Assembly (NCBI GenBank): GCA_964016885.1
Contig: OZ024757.1
Location: 5,704,001 to 5,768,000, forward strand
Direction of reading: 5' to 3'
Length of the DNA stretch: 64,000 nt
From: Eledone cirrhosa
Lineage: Eukaryota
Shown: one piece after another, positions 12,342 through 24,235 of the stretch
Layout of the letters: the number at the start of each line of letters is the position of its first letter
Numbering within the stretch: the first letter of the stretch is position 1
Translations under genes and position numbers: made by a program
The notes under the pieces: generated by a model
Database searches by the model: none
What the model was told of the DNA's origin: nothing
What the model saw: only the letters and a program-made list of their open reading frames with translations

Positions 12342-12905
12342 ATGGTAATTACGGAGTAGGTAGACCCAGAAAAACCTGGGACGATCTGATAAATTCCGAC
12401 CTTACACACTTGCACCTCTCTAAGACAATATCACTGGACCGGGAGTTTTGGCGCTACACAGTAATACAGAAGACCCGCCTTGCCTATGTACAAAGCGAAA
12501 CCTACAGTCAGTAGGCACCTCTTAACCAAATATACACCCCAATCCACTACCCCTACCCTATCCTCCCACTCCCACCAACACTACCCTCTCTCTGTAAAGT
12601 TGGTACCACAACATCCAGTCCAAATATATGAGATAATGAGATCGAGATCGTGTGGGTGTCACGACAAAAAAACACACGGTCCACGCTGTAATGTGGTCGT
12701 GTAGGTAACACAGTAATAAGTTCCCAGTCCACACTGTAAATGTGGTTGGTGTTAGGAAGGGCATCCAGCCGTAGAAAACCTGACAGATAGTCCTATATGA
12801 GCGAGACACGGTCATCCGCCCAACCTTGCTCAAGTGGGACAACTCCCGTCTAACCCATGCTAGCGTGGAAGATGGACGTTAAACGAAGATGATGATGATG
12901 ATGAT
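12342..12905 (+). mobile_element. RTE LINE 3' fragment
   Basis: Encodes GVGRPRKTWDDLINSDLTHLHL, followed by the 3' UTR and a (GAT)n tail. Confidence 0.88.
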
Positions 12906-14009
12906 ATATATATATATGGCAGTCAACCTCACTTAGCACAGACATGAAAAAATCGTGATCCTTGGGGTTATAATTAGACTAAAGTGCTTCCTCTGGGAAC
13001 AATAAGCTGGTTGTGATCGTTGGAGACTGCTCTGGTGGGCCTAAGACTAAAGATATATATATAGCTGTTGAAACGGCCGGAGCTCAGCCGTCGGGGTCCT
13101 GCATATTTTCATATATATATATATGTGTTCTGCGACATTTATAATTACATAAGCAAGCATCTAATTATTTGAATAACAAAATTTCAGGTTTAAATACTTT
13201 ATTTTTTACCAATAACATTAAGAAAGGCATGAACAACACCACATGTTAATTACTCCATATTGAAAGTAGGTTTATGAATATTAAATTTCTGTAGTTTCTT
13301 ATAACCTTCATGGTGGTCTGGTGGGAGATACCAGAGATGGTGGAGGTCCTGCTCTGGGGTTCAATCCTGGTCAAGAGATACTCTAAGGGGGTTCATACTA
13401 AACTTCTTCTGTGTTTCTTATCTCTAGAGACAAATATATATACATAAGGTAATCTGGTAAAGTTGTTAGAACATCACATAGAATTCTTTGTAGTATTTTT
13501 TCCAGTTCTTTAATCTGAGTTCAACTTTACTTTTCTTCCATTCGGGGTTGATAATAAAGTACCAGTCAAATACTAGGGGTTAATTCTTCCTCTATATCTC
13601 ACTCTCTGTCTTTCTCTGGAAGAAATCTGTTTTATTCCGACCTGGAGAAGTTTTTTTTTCTAGAGAGAAAGAGAGACTTTTGTTATGTATTTAAACGTAA
13701 CTTTTTTTCACTGAACTTTGAATTCCTTTTTCTTCTCTTTAGATTGAATAAACCTTAACATTTTACGTCTACAATTATATTTACCTTAACTCATGTTAAT
13801 CTTTACAGTCAAGGACCTGTTTATACTCCATCATATAAACACATCAATCTTGTTTTGTTTTTCTTGCACTGATGGAGTCATAGGGGTGTCACTGTGGACA
13901 TTTGAAGCTTGGTGGAGCCCTTCACTCACCAGGTTGGAACAGATGATTTCTTCCAGAGAAGGAGAGAGAATGAGAGAGAGGAAGTGAGAAAGAAATATAG
14001 GGAGGAAGA

Positions 14010-14340
14010 ACAGACCCCAGTGGCAGACTGGTACTTTTTTGTTATCAACCTTGAATGGATGAAAGGCAAAGTTGACCTCAGCAGGATTTAAACCCAGAGA
14101 GCAGAGAACCAGAACAAATATGGCAGAAAGCATTCTATCTATTGTTTTATAGACTTTAAATAAATGTTTCTACTTTTAACTCAACCCCAGTGTATTACTG
14201 GTACTTTATTTTACTGAACCTCTGAGGAAGAAGAGTAAAGCTAACCTCAGCAGGATTTTAATACAGAACGTAAAGGGATGTAACTATATGACACAAAGCA
14301 TATCGTCTGACACTCTACTGATTCTGCCAATCCACCACCA
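14010..14340 (-). mobile_element. Two adjacent decayed tRNA-SINE copies
   Basis: ggatgaaaggcaaagttgacctcagcaggattt at about 14060 and a second copy with gtctgacactctactgattctgccaatcc at about 14310. Confidence 0.6.
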
Positions 14341-14842
14341 TCACCAATAAAATAAAATTGTGTCTCTAAAAGAAACCTTAATGACAAATAATATGAAGTA
14401 GAACTTTCTACAGAGTGTATTTGTGGATTACAATACAAAACCTCTGAGAATGATTTCTAACATATTTCACCATAATAAATGTTCATTAATATATATTATT
14501 ATAATTATCATATATTAGGTCAGGTGGATTGGCCAGAACAATTCTACACTTCTTTTTTAGATGTCATGATCTTCCATGGCATTCCTGAGATCATTAATCT
14601 CCAGCTGGACATCCTGTGACATCTGATCTATGTAGGTCAATCTCAGTCATCCCACTAGGGTCTTACTATGTTTAGGTATCCACCACAGGAAACAGCTCAT
14701 CAGGTCATCCTCCCCTCAGTAACAATATATATATATATCTATAGACACACAGACAGACACACATATATATATTTATTTTCTTCTTTCCAGAGTGTGTCTG
14801 TATATTTGTGTGTTTCACATTTCACAGTGATGGGGTTTATCA

Positions 14843-15178
14843 CTAGTGTTGACTACATTTGTGAACAACCAGTGAAGAATTCCATGTGAAAGATTTCTCA
14901 CATATTTCATAATGGAACGGTTTTTCTCCAGTGTGACTCCGTATGTGGATGACAAGATTAGAATTATAAGTGAAAGATTTCCCACATATTTCACAATGGA
15001 AGGGTTTTTCTCCAGTGTGACTCCGTATGTGGATGACAAGATTAGAATTATAAGTGAAAGATTTCCCACATATATCACAGTGGAAGGGTTTTTCTCCTGT
15101 GTGTATTTTCCCATGTGAGGTTAGTTTCAGTTTTGAAGAGAAAGTTTTCCTGCAAATCTCACAGCTATATTCAGACAT
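14843..15178 (-). CDS. Short C2H2 zinc-finger protein (3 intact fingers plus 1 broken; possibly pseudogenic)
   Basis: CxxC-x12-HxxxH repeats with HTGEKPF linkers. The fourth finger has C>Y. Paralog of 23465-24235. Confidence 0.75.
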   Translation of the reverse strand: MSEYSCEICRKTFSSKLKLTSHGKIHTGEKPFHCDICGKSFTYNSNLVIHIRSHTGEKPFHCEICGKSFTYNSNLVIHIRSHTGEKPFHYEICEKSFTWNSSLVVHKCSQH

Positions 15179-15424
15179 ATTTCTAGCTAGTGATCTTTAC
15201 ATAAAGGATTCTCACCACTTCTACTGATACCTTAAGATATGTAGATATGGTTAATAGTTACCATTTAGTCTAATATACAGAGTGTCCATAAAAGACTGCA
15301 GAACTCCGCTTTCTTCTTCTACAAAGTTGTAATGTAGCATTCAGTTGGTACAAGTAATAAGACATATGACAGCGTAAGACTGATCTTGGATGAAGAAAAA
15401 GCAAGTGCTTATATATATATATAT

Positions 15425-15605
15425 CATCATCATCACCGTTTTAGGTCCGTTCTTCCATTCTAGCATGGGTTAGATGTGCTGTCCTGTTGTGGGCAGTGTC
15501 CGGTCAGCTGACTTTGTCTTGCTCATACGGGAACTGATTCTGGCTTGATTTCTACAGATGGATGCCCTTCCTAACACCAACCTCATTTACAGTGAGTGCT
15601 GGGTG

Positions 15606-15608
<3 letters not shown>
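15425..15608 (-). mobile_element. RTE 3' tail fragment inserted upstream of the ZNF CDS
   Basis: Matches 8113-8310. Absent from the paralogous position at about 24470. Confidence 0.8.
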
Positions 15609-15660
<52 letters not shown>

Positions 15661-16689
15661 TATAAGTGATTATTGTGGAGTATACCACTATTAATTTTGC
15701 TAAAGTGAGAGAAGCTCTATTCATACTAAAATCCTCACCTCCCAAAACCGACGAATAAACTTATATAGTTAAGGTTCTTGTTATTGAGGACAGTTCAGGT
15801 GACAAGAGAATTAATATCCATAATTTCAAAAGATGAAGGTTAATATATATACACATATATATATATATATACAGACATACAGTGTTTACGTATGAGAGAG
15901 AGAAATAGACGTGTGTGTAGAAATATGTGTGTACGCATTGTAATAATCAAGATATTTCACTTTAGATACTAAAAAGTTCACAATGTTTGTGTTGTGATGG
16001 AAAATGAAATAATACGTACTTTAGTTGTCAAATAAAGTCAAGAAAATTTAGTAAAAACTAATTATTCACAGATTTCTGATTAAAAAAACATTTTCCTGTC
16101 CTGTAAAATGATCAGATGGCAGAAGTTGGGCAGCCTGCTGTTTCTTGTTATGTAATTCTACCAGAATCTCTTCAGGAGCCTTCGAGATGTTGGTCCAGGC
16201 AGTGTTGGTCTGGTTCTCTATCAGTGTGGGTGTAATTCGAGTGATGTCCGAGTAGAGACTGTCATAGTTGAGATGTTGGTGGGCTCGGTTGTTGTAGGCC
16301 TCTCTGGTAATAACACAAAACTATTTTCCCTTGTCCGATGAGAAGTATACAAGGTTCTTAGATCTGAGGTTAACTTAGGGTAGCGAGTTGTGGTCTGGAA
16401 AGGTTGTGGTGAGTAAGTGTGTGTTTTTGTAGGATCTCGAGAATAAACTCTCACAGTTAAACTTACCATGACTAACATCCTACAAAAACACACACATACT
16501 CCCCACAACCTCTCCAGAGGTGAAAGCAGTGATTCTTTGCTTAAACTTTAATCTGTTCTTATAATATATATATAATCAAGTGGAAAGATATATACATATA
16601 TCTTTTCACTTGGTTATATATAGAGAGAGAAAGAGCCAAATATCGTATAAGATATATGATATATGGCTCTTTCTCATTCTCTCTATATA

Positions 16690-16802
16690 TATCTTTGTAT
16701 TTGGTTGTTATGTCTCTCTCTCTCTATATATATATATATATCTTTGTATTTGGTTGTTATGTCTCTCTCTCTATATATATATCTTTGTATTTGGTTGTTA
16801 TG

Positions 16803-16833
<31 letters not shown>

Positions 16834-16955
16834 CTTTGTATTTGGTTGTTATGTCTCTCTCTATATATATATATCTTTGTATTTGGTTGTTATGTCTCTC
16901 TCTCTATATATATATCTTTGTATTTGGTTGTTATGTCTCTCTCTCTATATATATA
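16690..16955. repeat. Compound minisatellite TATCTTTGTATTTGGTTGTTATG(TC)n(TA)n, left part
   Basis: The same unit resumes at 19640-19985 after the LINE. Confidence 0.9.
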
Positions 16956-16957
16956 TA

Positions 16958-19021
16958 ACATGGTGGTGGAACAGTAAGGTGGAGGAGTCAATTAAGGCCA
17001 AAAAGCAGGCTTGGAAAGTATGGCGGGATGGGGGAAGCAGAGAAGACTATCAAGTGGCCAGGAGGGAGGCTAGGAGACAAGTGTACTTCGCAAGAAAGGA
17101 AGCAGAGGAAAGAAAGTTCAAGCATGTTCTACAACGTGAGGACCAAAAACGTGAGGTGTTCAGGATTACTAGGCAATGTGTCAAGGAAAACCGTGATATT
17201 GTCGGGGAGAAGTGTGTACTTAACGATGATGGCATACTTGCCATCACCGACGCTGATAAGAAGGTAGCTTGGAAGTGTCACTACGAAAGGCTAATAAATG
17301 AGGAGAACAAATGGGAGAAAGACAGTCTCCCCCACATCGACCCAATAGAGGGACCAGCAATGTTAGTCCAGGGTAGTACAATAAGCAAGGCAATCAAAGA
17401 TATGAAGACGGGTAAGGCGGCTGGTCCTTCGGAAATAGTTGCTGAGATGCTGAAGGCATCTGGTTCGGTGGGACACACCATGGTCACCCGGATAGTTAAC
17501 CAAGTCGTACAGAATGGGGTTGTTCCGAAGGACTGGCGTAGCAGCATCATCGTTAACTGCTATAAGGGAAAAGGAGATGCCCTAGATAGGAGTAACTATA
17601 GAGGCATTAAATTAATCGACCAGGTCATGAAGGTCACGGAAAAAGTAATAGCGCAACTAATCAGAGAGAGAATTGATCTAGATGAAATGCCGTTCGGGTT
17701 TGTGTCAGGCAAAAGTACCACAGACGCTCTTTTCATTGTACGACAACTACAGGAGAAGTACCTAGCTAAAAGTAAACCCCTATACTTAGCTTTCGTCGAC
17801 TTGGAGAAGGCCTTCGACAGAGTCCCCCGTTCCATTATCTGGTGGTCTCTTAGAAAACTAGGTGTTGACGAATGGCTTGTGAGAGCTATACAAGCCATGT
17901 ATAAAGAAACAGTCAGTAAGGTTAGAATTAACAACGAATATAGTGAAGAGTTTAGCGTAAAAGTTGGTGTCCATCAGGGCTCTGTTCTTAGCCCCCTACT
18001 ATGTATTATTGCCCTACAGGCTATAACAGAGGAGTTCAAGACCGGCTGCCCATGGGAACTCCTATACGCAGATGATCTAACGCTCATAGCTGAATCAATG
18101 ACCGAACTAGAGAAGAAATTCCAAACATGGAAGCACGGCCTAGAATCAAAAGGCCTTAAAATTAACCTGGCTAAGACTAAAGTTCTAGTTTGTAGGAAAG
18201 AAAATAAGGCGGCGGTCCCATCTGGGAAATGGCCATGCTCAGTGTGTAGGAAAGGCGTAGGTAGAAACTCCATTTTATGTCCCAAATGCAAAGTATGGGT
18301 GCATAAAAGATGTAGTGGGATCACAGGTAAGCTAACTAAGAACATAGATTTTACATGTGGCCGGTGCTCTGGTGCAATAAGTAGCAGCAAGTGCCCACAA
18401 AATACTAGCTCCTTCAACTGCGCAGAGGGTTCTATAGAAATAGTGGACAGCTTCCGTTACCTGGGTGACAAAATCAGCAGTGGGGGAGGGTGCTCTGAAA
18501 GTACAGTAGCTAGAGTCAGAACTGGATGGAAAAAGTTCAGAGAGCTTATACCACTATTAGCCGCTAGAGGGTTCTCCCTAAAAATGAAAGGCAGGTTATA
18601 CGATGCCTGCATACGAACAGCAATGCTGCATGGCAGTGAGACCTGGGCATTGTGTGCAGAGGATATACGCAGACTAGAGAGGAACGAAGCTTGCATGCTC
18701 CGCTGGATGTGCAATAGTAATATACGTGAACGGCAAAGCATAAACGAACTAAGGAAAAAATTAGAAATAAGAGGGATCAGATGTTGTTTACTCAAGAGAA
18801 GGCTACGTTGGTACGGTCACGTGATGCGCATGAAAGACGACAGCTGTATAACAAAGTGCAGGGCAATAAAGATAGACGGTAGCCACGGAGTAGGCAGACC
18901 CAGAAAAACATGGGACGAGCTGATAAATTCCGACCTCACACGCTTACACCTCTCCAAGACAATGTCACTGGACCGAGACCTTTGGCGGTACTCAGTAATA
19001 GAGAAGACCCGCCTTACCTAA
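16958..19021 (+). CDS. RTE-clade LINE reverse transcriptase ORF (uninterrupted, 5'-truncated, no endonuclease)
   Basis: Motifs KAAGP, NYRGIKL, FVDLEKAFDRV, GVHQGSVLSP and LLYADDL, an internal CxxC..CxxC..HxxC..CxxC finger, and RLRWYGHV and GRPRKTW. Confidence 0.95.
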   Translation, partial: TWWWNSKVEESIKAKKQAWKVWRDGGSREDYQVARREARRQVYFARKEAEERKFKHVLQREDQKREVFRITRQCVKENRDIVGEKCVLNDDGILAITDADKKVAWKCHYERLINEENKWEKDSLPHIDPIEGPAMLVQGSTISKAIKDMKTGKAAGPSEIVAEMLKASGSVGHTMVTRIVNQVVQNGVVPKDWRSSIIVNCYKGKGDALDRSNYRGIKLIDQVMKVTEKVIAQLIRERIDLDEMPFGFVSGKSTTDALFIVRQLQEKYLAKSKPLYLAFVDLEKAFDRVPRSIIWWSLRKLGVDEWLVRAIQAMYKETVSKVRINNEYSEEFSVKVGVHQGSVLSPLLCIIALQAITEEFKTGCPWELLYADDLTLIAESMTELEKKFQTWKHGLESKGLKINLAKTKVLVCRKENKAAVPSGKWPCSVCRKGVGRNSILCPKCKVWVHKRCSGITGKLTKNIDFTCGRCSGAISSSKCPQNTSSFNCAEGSIEIVDSFRYLGDKISSGGGCSESTVARVRTGWKKFRELIPLLAARGFSLKMKGRLYDACIRTAMLHGSETWALCAEDIRRLERNEACMLRWMCNSNIRERQSINELRKKLEIRGIRCCLLKRRLRWYGHVMRMKDDSCITKCRAIKIDGSHGVGRPRKTWDELINSDLTRLHLSKTMSLDRDLWRYSVIEKTRLT

Positions 19022-19640
19022 ATACAAAGTAAAAACCTACTACAGTCAGTAGGCATCTCTATCAAAACACACCCCCGTCCCACCACCTCCACCCCATCCA
19101 CACCGCCCCTTTCAATGTAAAGTTATGTTGGTCCCACAACATCCAGGCCGAAACAAATGAGATCGTGCAGGTGTCACGACAAAAAAACACACAGTCCACG
19201 CTGTAAATGTGGCCGTGTAGGCAACACGGTAAAAACCTCCCAGTCCCACACTGTAAATGTGGTTGGTGTTAGGAAGGGCATCCAGCTGTAGAAAACCCGC
19301 CAGACAGTCCACGCTGTAATGTGGCCGTGTAGGCAACACGGTAAAAACCTCCCAGTCCCACACTGTAAATGTGGTTGGTGTTAGGAAGGGCATCCAGCTG
19401 TAGAAAACCCGCCAGACAGTCCACGCTGTAATGTGGCCGTGTAGGCAACACGGTAAAAACCTCCCAGACCCACACTGTAAATGTGGTTGGTGTTAGGAAG
19501 GGCATCCAACTGTAGAAAACCCGCCAGACAGTCCTATGCGAGCAAGACAACCACTCTTGCCTCAAGTGGGAAAACCCCCGTCCAAACCCATGCAAGCGTG
19601 GAACACCGGACGCTAAACCTGATGATGATGATGATGATGA
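16958..19640 (+). mobile_element. Young 5'-truncated RTE LINE with triplicated 3' UTR unit
   Basis: Open RT frame, 3' UTR with three copies of a 112-113 bp unit, (GAT)n tail, inserted in a minisatellite. Confidence 0.93.
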
Positions 19641-19661
19641 TCTCTGTATTTGGTTGTTATG

Positions 19662-19698
<37 letters not shown>

Positions 19699-19718
19699 CT
19701 TTGTATTTGGTTGTTATG

Positions 19719-19751
<33 letters not shown>

Positions 19752-19771
19752 CTTTATATTTGGTTGTTATG

Positions 19772-19810
<39 letters not shown>

Positions 19811-19885
19811 CTTTATATTTGGTTGTTATGTCTCTCTCTCTCTCTCTATATATATCTATATATATCTTTGTATTTGGTTGTTATG

Positions 19886-19948
<63 letters not shown>

Positions 19949-19985
19949 ATATATATATATATATATCTTTGTAATTGGTTATGAT
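19640..19985. repeat. Compound minisatellite, right part
   Basis: Same unit as 16690-16955. Confidence 0.9.
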
Positions 19986-19995
19986 GGCTCTAGAT

Positions 19996-20030
<35 letters not shown>

Positions 20031-20084
20031 TGGCTGCCAACTCGTTTTCGAGTACGGCCACTACTTTATATCCATCTAGGAGAA

Positions 20085-20635
20085 CCCCTACCAATGCGCT
20101 GAACGAGTGCGACATTTTAGTCCAGCCAGCGACTTGAAAACTCTGGCACAAACACTACACCTGTGACAAATATTGACACAGTGCTGGGCCCATGGTACCA
20201 TGTGACGACAAGTGCAGAGATCTCCAGATATAAAGCAATGCCTGTGCCGTGAAGCTTTTATAGTGAGCAAAGGCACTGCTCAAAGCCAGTCCCACTCTCT
20301 TAACCAAGATGATATTTACCAAAAAGAAGAACAAGTCAACATCATTGGATACCATCAGGGTTGCAGGTGTTATATCAGAGTTTTCCTTCTCCTATAATTC
20401 TGTCTTGACAAAGGCTAAGGGGTCATCTCTCCCAGTGATTTTGGATGGCTATTGACTCTTAAGAGCCCCTTTGCCTTTTGACAGGTTTTGTTTTTAGTCC
20501 TGCAGGATGTCCAAAGTCACCCTCCTCACCAAGAAACCTTGGTGGGGTTGCCAGTTTAGTCGCCAACGACCCGACCATGGGACATGTTGTACTGGGATAC
20601 ATGTTACCAGTAGCACCAGCTGGTGACCTGACTCA
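20085..20635 (-). mobile_element. Old LINE-derived remnant (RTE/BovB-like C-terminal zinc-finger motif)
   Basis: Reverse frame CSVCARVFKSLAGLKCRTRSAH resembles the CxxC-R-F-S--GL--H-R terminal finger of RTE ORFs. Confidence 0.4.
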
Positions 20636-21821
20636 TATATGTATATATATATGCCTGGTGGTCATCGATCTGTACAGTTCGTTTGTCTACCAACATATCA
20701 GGAAAAAATTATACATTTTCTCTGTATTTTCTCCAAGGAGAACATGTGTTGCTTCCTGTTATACATAAAACTTTGCATCTTCGAAATATATATTATGAAA
20801 TAAATAGAGATGCTATATATATCGTCCGTTTATTACTAATATTATATATATATATATATATACACACACACATGCATATGCCATTATAGTTTATTGTCAC
20901 GGCAGGAAAACCTTTAATTATAAGTTTACCTGACCATACCAACATGGGACTTAATTTAAGCCAGGCGGTGTTGTCTCCCTTAGCACTAATCACTGAATTA
21001 ATATCCAGTAACGTCTGCTTTTCTTCTAGGTTTAGTTAAGCCTTTATCATTAACGTTACTCTATATTTACTGTTATATTTTCTCAGTAAACATAATTATC
21101 TCACAAAATATTGAATTTATGAGATATATTTTGGGAACAAAACCTTAACATCAGCATGAGCGGCTTGTTAGGGCCAGTTAGAACAGAAAATGTCAGAGAA
21201 TTCTGGCCAGATACGGACGGTTTAAATAAATGATTTAATAAATAACAGCTCTATTGAAACACTACTGTGTTGTTCTGAGATGATTTCAGTAGAATTTCAA
21301 ATGGTAGGACAAATATATTCTACATTTACTTTAATATAGATTTAAACAAAGATGGTAGAATGACAGAATTGGTAGAGTGTCAGATAACCTACCATTGCAG
21401 TATTTGTCCTGGTTTTTAATATTGTGAGTTCAAATCCCACTGAGGTGAATTTTATATTTTATTCTTCTAGACTAGATAAAATATATTAAGGTTCTTGTTA
21501 TTGAGGACAGTTCAGGTGACAAGAGAATTAATATTCATAATTACAAAAGATGAAGGTTAATATATATACATATATATATACATACATACAGTGTGTAGGT
21601 ATGAAAGAGAGAAATAAATAGACGTGTGTGTAGGTGTTGTAATAAATCAAGATATTTCACTTCAGATAGAAAAGTTCACAATGTTTGTGTTGTGGTGGAA
21701 AAGGAAATAATACGTACTTTAGTTGTCAAGGCCAAATATAAAGTCAAGAAAAGTTAGTAAAAACTAAATGTTCACCGATTTCTGATTAAAATAATATTTT
21801 CCTGTCCTGTAAAATGTTGAA

Positions 21822-22310
21822 CATACTTATATTGAAGTAACAGCCGTACTAAGAGTGAGAAATGAAATTTCATGTTTTTCCATTTATCGCTTTAGGTGCG
21901 CCCGGCCAACTAACTCACTCAATATTCAAATTAGGCTGCTCAGCCATTAATATGCATAAGGAAAGTATATACTTTCAGACGTTCAATCAGTTGACAGGAA
22001 GGTATACGGTGTTGATGACAGCTAATAAGCTAGAAACTAGTTCATCGTTCCTTTGTCAGTGTTGAACAAAAGGGCAACGATGGTTGCCGAACACTGTACG
22101 GCTTAATTCGGGCTGTTTGTTTACAAACAAACCGAGCATTATAATAAATATTTAGTAAACCCATACGTACATATATATATATATGTGTGCATGTATGTAT
22201 GTATATACATACTACTGTACGTCTGAATACATATATGTATGTACGTATACATACTTATATTTAAGTATCAGCCGTACTAAGAGTGAGAAATGAAATTTCA
22301 TTTTTTCCAA
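21822..22310 (+). mobile_element. Retrozyme/Penelope-like unit with terminal direct repeats (family A)
   Basis: catacttatatt.aagta.cagccgtactaagagtgagaaatgaaatttcat occurs at both ends, about 428 nt apart, with an internal hammerhead. Homologous to 1740-2117 and 28655-29050. Confidence 0.65.
22007..22047 (+). ncRNA. Minimal hammerhead motif (family A, diverged copy)
   Basis: cggtg TTGATGA c-agct-aata-agct-a GAAAC TA GTT catcg. Stem I pairing is kept despite changes relative to the 1985 copy. Confidence 0.6.
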
Positions 22311-22607
22311 TTTCCAACATATTTCAGCATAATAAATGTTCATTCATATATATTATTATTTCATGGCCTTCTTGAGATCATTAATCCCCAGTAGAACATC
22401 CCTAGACATCTGATCTATGTAGGTCATTTTCAGTCATCCCACTAGGGTCTTACTATGTTTAGGTATCCATCACAGGAGCCAGCTTATCAGGTCATCCCTT
22501 CTTTGGTAGGAATGTCTGGCATATCTTGTCCTTTGCTCCGTAGATATTGTAGTAATCTTCAATATATGGCAGTATACTTCTTCCATTTGATAGAGTATAT
22601 ATATATA

Positions 22608-23055
22608 GATGCATATGAAGGATGACAGCTGCATTAAAAGGTGCAGAGCACTAAATGTCGCTGGAAGCCATGGAGTGGGGAGATCCAGGAAGACCCGGGA
22701 TGAGGTGATAAAAGCTGACCTTGCCCAATTGCACCTCTCAAAAGCGATGATGCAGGACGGTGCCCTCTGGCATCATGCAGTAATACAGAAGACCTGACTT
22801 CACACGGCTACAAGTCGAAGCTGAAGCATATAGACAAATATGTCCCTATCACCACCCACTGCAAAGTGGTCAACAAAAAAACACCCAGCCCCCAGAGTAA
22901 AGTGGCTGTGTAGGTACCATGGTTAAAAAAAGCACCTAGCACACACAGTAAATGAGGTTTTGTGTTAAGAAGGACATCAAGCTGTAGAAATCAAGCCAAA
23001 ATCAGTTCCCGTACGAGCAAGACGAGGTCACATGACGTAAAACAGTGATGATGAT
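22608..23055 (+). mobile_element. RTE LINE 3' fragment
   Basis: MHMKDDSCIKRCRALNVAGSHGVGRSRKT followed by a decayed 3' UTR. Confidence 0.85.
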
Positions 23056-23139
23056 AAGTATAAGATAAGGATTTTTCAAGCTTCACATTTTATATTCTTC
23101 CTTCCAGAGTGTGTCTGTATATGTGTGTTTCACATTTCA

Positions 23140-23464
<325 letters not shown>

Positions 23465-24235
23465 TTAATAAGCTTTTTCTCCTGTGTGTATTCTTTTGTG
23501 ATCTACAAGATGAGAACCTTGAGAAAAAGATTTCCCAGATATTTCACAATGGAAGGGTTTTTCTCCTGTGTGTATTCTTTTGTGATCTACAAGTGTAGAA
23601 TTACTAGAAAAAGATTTCCAACATATTTCACAATGGAAGGGTTTCTCTCCTGTGTGTATTATTTTGTGATCGACAAGATGAGAATTACAAGAAAAGGATT
23701 TCCCACATATTTCACATGAATAAGGTTTTTCTCCTGTGTGTGTTCTAATGTGAACTACAAGACTAGAATTACAAGAAAAGGATTTCCCACATATTTTACA
23801 TGAATAAGGTTTTTCTCCTGTGTGTGTTCTTATGTGTTTTACAAGACTAGAATTACAAGAAAAAGATTTCCCACATATTTCACGTGAATAAGGTTTCTCT
23901 CCTGTGTGTATTCTTTTGTGATTTACAAGATGAGGACCACGAGAGAAAGATTTCCCACATATTTCACAATGGAAGGGTTTTTCTCCTGTGTGTATTCTTT
24001 TGTGAACTACAAGATTAAAATTACAAGAAAAGGATTTCCCACATATTTCACATGCAAAAGGTTTTTCTCCAGTGTGTGTTCTTATATGCCTTTTTAAATT
24101 TCCCTTCAAGACATAATATTTCCCACATATTTCACAATGGAAGGGTTTTTCTCCTGTGTGTATTTTCTCATGTGAGGATAGTTTTAGTTTTGAAGGGAAA
24201 GTTTTCCTACAAATCTCACAGCTATATTCAGACAT
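23465..24235 (-). CDS. C2H2 zinc-finger protein, 9 finger repeats (2 with a lost Cys), truncated by a premature TAA
   Basis: Tandem HTGEKP-linked fingers. Fingers continue in the same frame beyond the stop (23222-23434). Confidence 0.85.
   Translation of the reverse strand: MSEYSCEICRKTFPSKLKLSSHEKIHTGEKPFHCEICGKYYVLKGNLKRHIRTHTGEKPFACEICGKSFSCNFNLVVHKRIHTGEKPFHCEICGKSFSRGPHLVNHKRIHTGEKPYSREICGKSFSCNSSLVKHIRTHTGEKPYSCKICGKSFSCNSSLVVHIRTHTGEKPYSCEICGKSFSCNSHLVDHKIIHTGEKPFHCEICWKSFSSNSTLVDHKRIHTGEKPFHCEISGKSFSQGSHLVDHKRIHTGEKAY

Noticed and set aside
16128-16182. Possible minus-strand hammerhead (CTGAAGA...GAAACAGCAGG)
   Set aside because: No GUH cleavage triplet or convincing stem I. At best a decayed copy.
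16580-16957. N-terminal 126 aa of the 813-aa ORF as a hydrophobic domain fused to RT
   Set aside because: Read-through of a minisatellite that is open in all three frames from a GTG start. LINE homology starts at 16958.
17050-18795. Minus-strand ORFs over the RT (and plus-strand ORFs over the ZNF genes and the giant ORF)
   Set aside because: Antisense shadows of real coding frames.
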